Below, piece after piece: positions 6,354-10,629 of a stretch of 10,629 nucleotides of DNA. This DNA is from a virus (Duplodnaviria > Heunggongvirae > Uroviricota > Caudoviricetes), in IMG/VR virus record IMGVR_UViG_2531839127_000027; one strand, written 5' to 3'. Each line of letters starts with the position of its first letter. The first letter of the stretch is position 1. The notes under the pieces are model-generated. The model ran no database searches, was not told the origin of the DNA, and saw nothing but the letters and a program-made list of their open reading frames with translations. Both the position numbers and the translations under genes were made by a program.

Positions 6354-8263
6354 ATCACTGGTACACCATTAAGGCGGCGGGTGTTCGCGGAGCGGCAGAA
6401 ATATCCATCTATGAAGAAATTGGCGGCTTCGGTATCACCGCGAAGCAGTTTGCGGAAGACCTGAAAGCCCTGGGCGATGTCTCACATATCGACCTGCGGA
6501 TCCATTCGCCAGGTGGTGACGTGTTTGAAGGCATCGCCATCTATAACCTGTTACGGAATCATCCGGCAGAAATTACGGTTTATATCGATGGTGTTGCGGC
6601 TTCAATGGCTTCGGTTGTCGCAATGGCTGGCGATCGTGTTGTGATGCCGGAAAACGCCATGATGATGATACATAAGCCGTGGGGTATCTCTGGCGGAAAT
6701 GCTGGTGATATGCGTGATTATGCTGATTTGCTGGATAAGGTGGAAACCGTGTTAGTCCCTGCTTATGCCAGAAAAACGGGCAAATCAGCACAGGAAATTA
6801 CCGCCATGCTGGAAGATGAAACCTGGATGGACGGGAAAGAATGCCTTAAGCACGGTTTTGCTGATGAATTGTTGCCATCTGTCACAGCAATGGCGCGAAT
6901 TGAATCGAAACGCACAGGAGATTTTTCACACATGCCGGAAACCATTAAAGGAATGATTACCCCGCCACAGGGAGCAGCCAATATTGCTGGTAATGAACAG
7001 AAGCGCATCAACGGAATAAGTGAAGTGTTTAGCCTGTTCGGCAGTCGTTACGACGGGATCAAAATGGCGTGCCTGGAAGATGCATCATGTACACCGGAGA
7101 TGGCCCGTGAAAAGTTGTTGAACGAGATGGGGCGCGAGTCCACGCCATCCAATAAAAATACCCCGGCTCATATTTATGCCGGTAACGGGAACATAACAGG
7201 CGATGCAATTCGTCAGGGGCTTTATTCCCGTCTCGGGTATGAACGCCCAGAGCGGGGAAATCCTTACGCGATGATGAGCCTTTTTGAAATGGCCCAGGCA
7301 TCACTAACGGATCGTGGTATCAGTGTTGGCGGTTTTTTAAATCGCTCGCAGGTCGTTAATGCAGCTTTCACACACAGCAGCAGCGATTTTTCTCACATTC
7401 TGGCTGGTGGTGCTGAAAAATCAGTACTGAAAGGCTGGCAGGACAGCGGCGAAACGTTCCAGAAATGGACGCGTACCGGATCGCTTTCAAACTTTCATGA
7501 AGCAAAGCGCGTTGGTCTGAATGGTTTTTCAAAGCTGGATAAAGTACCGGAAGGTGCGGAATATAAATACATCACCACCAGCGATAAAGGTGTACCTATT
7601 GCGCTGGCCACATACGGTAATATTTTTTCTGTTACCCGTCAGGCCATTATCAACGATGACCTGACCCAGTTAACTACAATCCCCATGGCGATGGGGCGTG
7701 CGGCCGCCAGAACAGTAGGTAATCTGGTTTATCTTCTGTTAACCAGCAACGGCAAATTTACGGATAGTAAAGCGTTATTCCATGCCGATCATAAAAATCT
7801 TATTGCGAAGGATATGGACATGGAGGGGCTTAACGAAGCCCGTAAGCTGATGCGACTACAGGAGGATGCCAACGGCGACTCCCTGAATATTACCCCCGCA
7901 TTTGTCCTGGCCCCCGCCGCGCTGGAGTCTGCCGCACATCGCGCCATTCTGTCATCGTCATCACTCTTTCCGGTTGATGGTGATGGCACTATCAATCAGA
8001 ACCCCGGTATCATTAACGTGGTGAAAGATATGGCTGAGGTTATTGTTGAGCCACGTCTTGATAAGAACAATAACAAGGAGTGGTATGTAGCCGCAGCGAA
8101 AGGGATGGACACGATAGAGGTCGCTTATCTTGATGGTATTGATACGCCATATCTTGAGGAGCAGGTGGGCTTTACTGTTGATGGTGTCGCCTGGAAGGTG
8201 CGCATAGATGCAGGTGTCGCGGCCCTCGATTATCGTGGACTACTGAAATCGAACGGAGCATGA
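6350..8263 (+). CDS. Fusion polyprotein: N-terminal ClpP-like (S14-type) prohead protease domain, linker/scaffold-like region, C-terminal HK97-fold major capsid protein; 637 aa
   Basis: N-terminal region carries ClpP catalytic-site motifs GVAASMAS (ClpP GQAASMG) and MIHKP (ClpP MIHQP). C-terminal about 330 aa has capsid-like features (FSVTRQAIINDD, TIEVAYLDG, GLLKS). GGGGTGAG RBS. Confidence 0.85.
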   Translation: MNHWYTIKAAGVRGAAEISIYEEIGGFGITAKQFAEDLKALGDVSHIDLRIHSPGGDVFEGIAIYNLLRNHPAEITVYIDGVAASMASVVAMAGDRVVMPENAMMMIHKPWGISGGNAGDMRDYADLLDKVETVLVPAYARKTGKSAQEITAMLEDETWMDGKECLKHGFADELLPSVTAMARIESKRTGDFSHMPETIKGMITPPQGAANIAGNEQKRINGISEVFSLFGSRYDGIKMACLEDASCTPEMAREKLLNEMGRESTPSNKNTPAHIYAGNGNITGDAIRQGLYSRLGYERPERGNPYAMMSLFEMAQASLTDRGISVGGFLNRSQVVNAAFTHSSSDFSHILAGGAEKSVLKGWQDSGETFQKWTRTGSLSNFHEAKRVGLNGFSKLDKVPEGAEYKYITTSDKGVPIALATYGNIFSVTRQAIINDDLTQLTTIPMAMGRAAARTVGNLVYLLLTSNGKFTDSKALFHADHKNLIAKDMDMEGLNEARKLMRLQEDANGDSLNITPAFVLAPAALESAAHRAILSSSSLFPVDGDGTINQNPGIINVVKDMAEVIVEPRLDKNNNKEWYVAAAKGMDTIEVAYLDGIDTPYLEEQVGFTVDGVAWKVRIDAGVAALDYRGLLKSNGA

Positions 8264-8269
8264 CAACAA

Positions 8270-8293
8270 GGGCGGCGACAGCCGCCTTTTTTT
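8270..8293 (+). terminator. Hairpin plus T7 tract after the capsid gene; stem sequence matches lambda cosN as recalled
   Basis: GGGCGGCGAC at 8270-8279 matches the first 10 nt of the lambda cosN overhang GGGCGGCGACCT (from memory). Stem GGCGGC (8271-8276) / GCCGCC (8281-8286), loop GACA, T7 at 8287-8293. Confidence 0.5.
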
Positions 8294-8368
8294 ACGGGTC
8301 CTCCCGGTGTGGTGTCCTTGCCACGGGGCGGGAGCGGCGCGGAAAAAGGCTGGTTTTTGCATTTTCAT
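8288..8368 (+). repeat. Copy 2 of the 81-bp duplicated segment (see 5752-5832)
   Basis: 77/81 identity; all four mismatches fall in one 9-mer (ATGGAGTGG vs GTGTGGTGT). Confidence 0.7.
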
Positions 8369-8521
8369 TCGTCATCATCATCTTTCTATCATATTGAATA
8401 TTAAGTGTTTTTATTTTTGGTATGTTAATTTCGCTTATTTTGTGTTCAACATACAGCGCGTTTTTTGACCTTTTTTGAAAGATATTTGCAAGATGCATGT
8501 TTAAAACATTCTGGAGCGGGT

Positions 8522-9007
8522 ATGGATCGGGAACTGAAAAATCTGATGCTGAACATTAACCAGCTGGCGGCGATAGCGGGAATATGTCGCCAGACTGCGG
8601 CGGCAAGGCTGAAAAATATCCAGCCAGCCGGAGGACATGACAAGCTGAAACTCTATCGGGTGACTGACATTCTGACCTGTTTTCTTGATCTTCCCGTTCC
8701 GGCATCACTGGAAGAAATGGAGCCACACGACCGTAAGGCCTGGTATCAGTCCGAACGTGAGCGCCTCAAGTTCGAACAGGAAACGGCGCAACTCATACCC
8801 GCCGATGATGTGCGAAAAGAGATGGCTATATGGGGAGAAATCGTAAGCGAGGAACTGGAAAAACTCCCCAGTATTCTGGCACGTGATGCTGGGCTTAAAC
8901 CGATGGCAGTAAACAGAGTGCAGTCAATTATTGACGATTTGTGTAATCAGATTATCAGCCGGATGGTGAAAAATGACGTAGTGAATGAGGTCGCAAAACA
9001 GGCATGA
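8522..9007 (+). CDS. Nu1-like terminase small subunit homolog (161 aa); candidate packaging-specificity or packaging-redirecting protein
   Basis: ATG 8522 preceded by GGAG with 5-nt spacing. N-terminus LNINQLAAIAGICRQTAAARLKN resembles the lambda Nu1 HTH region (KKQLADIFGASIRTIQNWQ) as recalled. Sits directly downstream of the cos-like region. The listed ORF starts at a TTG at 8465 without an RBS. Confidence 0.7.
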   Translation: MDRELKNLMLNINQLAAIAGICRQTAAARLKNIQPAGGHDKLKLYRVTDILTCFLDLPVPASLEEMEPHDRKAWYQSERERLKFEQETAQLIPADDVRKEMAIWGEIVSEELEKLPSILARDAGLKPMAVNRVQSIIDDLCNQIISRMVKNDVVNEVAKQA

Positions 9008-9291
9008 TAATGACCGAATCTGAAATACTGCGATTAATCCGCCGTGCTGGTGGAATCAGCCAGCTGGCTGACGAACATGCCAAGCAGCCGGATACAGTCA
9101 CCGCTGAAAATTACGCGCGTGTGGTGGCTGAGGTGATGCACCGTGACGGTATTGAGTTTAACGGCGTGGATATGCGCAATATACGCACCAGAGTTCTGGA
9201 GATGTTGTCATACCGTCGCCGCGTGCAGATGTACCAGGAGAAAGAAAAAATTACGTACCGGTGGAAGAAGCCGGAGCGGTTACGACGTTAA
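9004..9291 (+). CDS. Hypothetical protein (95 aa), translationally coupled to the terS-like gene
   Basis: ATG 9004 overlaps the terS stop (ATGA); alternative ATG at 9010. Hydrophilic, basic C-terminus. No family recognised. Confidence 0.45.
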   Translation: MIMTESEILRLIRRAGGISQLADEHAKQPDTVTAENYARVVAEVMHRDGIEFNGVDMRNIRTRVLEMLSYRRRVQMYQEKEKITYRWKKPERLRR

Positions 9292-9297
9292 CTTGTG

Positions 9298-9332
9298 GTG
9301 ACATACCGTGACGGAGAGTGACACACAGTGAC
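9298..9332. repeat. Four direct GTGAC repeats with exact 10-bp phasing; candidate recombinase/excisionase binding array near the right end
   Basis: Read directly: GTGAC at 9298, 9308, 9318, 9328, immediately after the last element ORF. Confidence 0.45.
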
Positions 9333-9823
9333 AAAAAAGACGGTATTTAAATCGGGTGGTGTTTAATACCCCCAGGGGGATAGAAATCCCTACACCTCAT
9401 TGCTTATGGGACCGCCCGCCTACCCTTGTTCACATCGCCGCAGGTTCGAAAACTTTTTTTGGGAAGGTGTGCACGGGATTGATAGATGAGGTCTATCTAT
9501 AAAAAATCACAAAATCCGCGCCATTGCTGGATCCGCCAAAAATCCCCCACCTTACGGCAGACAAAGAAAACGCGAATTATGGGCCTGTTGCAGAGAAAAA
9601 AGGTCTCACTAGTTTTGCGCACCCTAGCATCGAGGTTCGTCAGCCTCCCATCAGCAACCAGATAACTAATCTCGCTGGTGGGCATGATGCCGATATGGGG
9701 ACTTCCATAACGGTTTATCCGTGATCATCCACCAGCTTCATGGCGGATAGCCGGAAAATGATAACGGTATAGCCCGTCGCTTGTGTCTATTTGTTCCGCA
9801 TTGTTGCATACAGTGCACCGAAC

Positions 9824-9847
9824 GGTGTAGTTAATGGTGTAGTTAAT
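9824..9847. repeat. Perfect tandem duplication of the 12-mer GGTGTAGTTAAT in the region upstream of the Smr gene
   Basis: Read directly (9824-9835 and 9836-9847). Confidence 0.4.
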
Positions 9848-10065
9848 TTGCGATTTTTAACGTTATTTGCAGCGATATTTGTTGGTTAAATTCAATAAGT
9901 TATGCGCATTTAATTATAAATATCGTGAATGAATAATCATGCATAAGCATTTTGCTTAAAATATCGGCAATATTTGGAACTTATTACTGGAATTTTGGGT
10001 AATACGTTGTTGGACCGACCCGGTCTGGTTATCATATCGCGCTCTTAATTGCGGGAGGATGTAAC

Positions 10066-10629
10066 ATGAACCTTGACGACAAATCGCTGTTTCTTGACGC
10101 CATGGAAGATGTCCAGCCGCTGAAACGTGCTACCGATGTCCACTGGCATCCAACGCGTAACCAACGTGCGCCGCAGCGTATCGACACGCTGCAGCTTGAT
10201 AATTTCCTCACCACCGGATTTCTCGACATCATCCCACTAAGTCAGCCGCTGGAGTTTCGGCGGGAAGGGTTGCAACATGGGGTGCTGGATAAGCTGCGCA
10301 GTGATAAATATCCGCAACAGGCGAGCCTGAATCTTTTGCGCCAGCCGGTGGAAGAGTGCCGCAAAATGATGTTCAGTTTCATTCAACAAGCCATGGCTGA
10401 TGGTTTGCGTAACGTGCTGATTATTCATGGCAAAGGACGGGATGATAAATCGCATGCCAATATTGTCCGCAGCTATGTGGCGCGCTGGCTGACCGAATTT
10501 GATGATGTTCAGGCATATTGCACTGCGCTACCGCATCATGGCGGCAGCGGGGCGTGTTACGTCGCACTACGTAAAACGGCGCAGGCGAAGCAAGAAAACT
10601 GGGAGCGCCACGCTAAGCGCAGTCGTTGA
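10066..10629 (+). CDS. smrA: Smr-domain protein (small MutS-related endonuclease family), 187 aa; likely host smrA (ydaL)
   Basis: Smr signature LIIHGKGRDDKS...RSYVARWL; GGGAGGA RBS 6 nt before the ATG; stop codon is the last 3 nt of the window. Assignment to smrA rather than smrB is from memory. Confidence 0.7.
   Translation: MNLDDKSLFLDAMEDVQPLKRATDVHWHPTRNQRAPQRIDTLQLDNFLTTGFLDIIPLSQPLEFRREGLQHGVLDKLRSDKYPQQASLNLLRQPVEECRKMMFSFIQQAMADGLRNVLIIHGKGRDDKSHANIVRSYVARWLTEFDDVQAYCTALPHHGGSGACYVALRKTAQAKQENWERHAKRSR

Larger units (their letters stand above)
8269..8520. other. Candidate lambda-like cos region (cosN-like motif plus cosB/IHF-like AT-rich segment) directly upstream of the Nu1-like gene
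   Basis: Besides the GGGCGGCGAC motif, 8368-8425 contains TTCGTCAT and TTAAGTGTTTTTATTT, resembling lambda cosB/I1 (TTCGTCATAACTTAATGTTTTTATTT) as recalled. Distance to the terS start is about 250 bp (lambda about 190 bp). Confidence 0.5.
1..9340. mobile_element. Partial phage-satellite / PICI-like integrative element (regulation, replication, capsid and packaging modules); left end and integrase outside window; right boundary approximate (somewhere 9292-10030)
   Basis: Gene content and order: alpA, divergent repressor, small-ORF operon, primase-helicase, iteron ori, ssb, protease-capsid fusion, cos-like site, Nu1-like terS, then a host housekeeping-type gene. No integrase, portal, TerL or tail genes in the window. 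Confidence 0.6.

Noticed and set aside
6573-7995. Short ORFs on both strands inside the protease-capsid gene
   Set aside because: Embedded in a strongly supported coding region; shadow or alternative-frame ORFs.
8465-8521. Longer start (TTG at 8465) for the terS-like gene
   Set aside because: No RBS and the region is AT-rich leader; ATG 8522 has a GGAG RBS and the Nu1-like HTH begins right after it.
9421-9460. Possible tRNA 3' fragment (GCAGGTTCGAA resembles a T-arm)
   Set aside because: No complementary T-stem, acceptor stem or CCA-compatible end could be formed by eye. Possibly an att-core remnant, but not callable as tRNA.
9497-9724. Overlapping 62-aa (minus) and 66-aa (plus) ORFs in the junction region
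   Set aside because: No RBSs, mutually overlapping on opposite strands, unremarkable composition; more likely non-coding.

Overview
Most of this window (about 1-9340) is the right-hand portion of a phage-satellite / PICI-like integrative element; the last ~600 bp is a host Smr-domain gene (likely smrA). No integrase is in the window, so the element's left end and int presumably lie further left. Modules in order: (1) regulation: AlpA/Vis-family gene flanked by two arrays of 10-bp-phased ACAAC-type repeats, then a divergent ribbon-helix-helix repressor candidate with a perfect 12-bp inverted-repeat operator over a sigma70-like promoter; (2) replication: five small overlapping ORFs, a 582-aa SF3/D5-type primase-helicase (Walker A GDGGSGKST), an iteron cluster (11 copies of TCTACC/GGTAGA around an AT-rich core) as candidate ori, and an SSB homolog ending in the SSB-type IPF tip; (3) morphogenesis/packaging: a 637-aa fusion of a ClpP-like protease domain to an HK97-fold major capsid protein, then a lambda-like cos region (GGGCGGCGAC, matching lambda cosN as I recall it) just upstream of a Nu1-like small terminase homolog. 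An 81-bp segment (77/81 identical) follows the intrinsic terminator after ssb and again after the capsid gene. No portal, large terminase or tail genes are present, so the element looks helper-dependent while carrying its own capsid/protease polyprotein. All family assignments are from reading motifs by eye; none was confirmed by a search.
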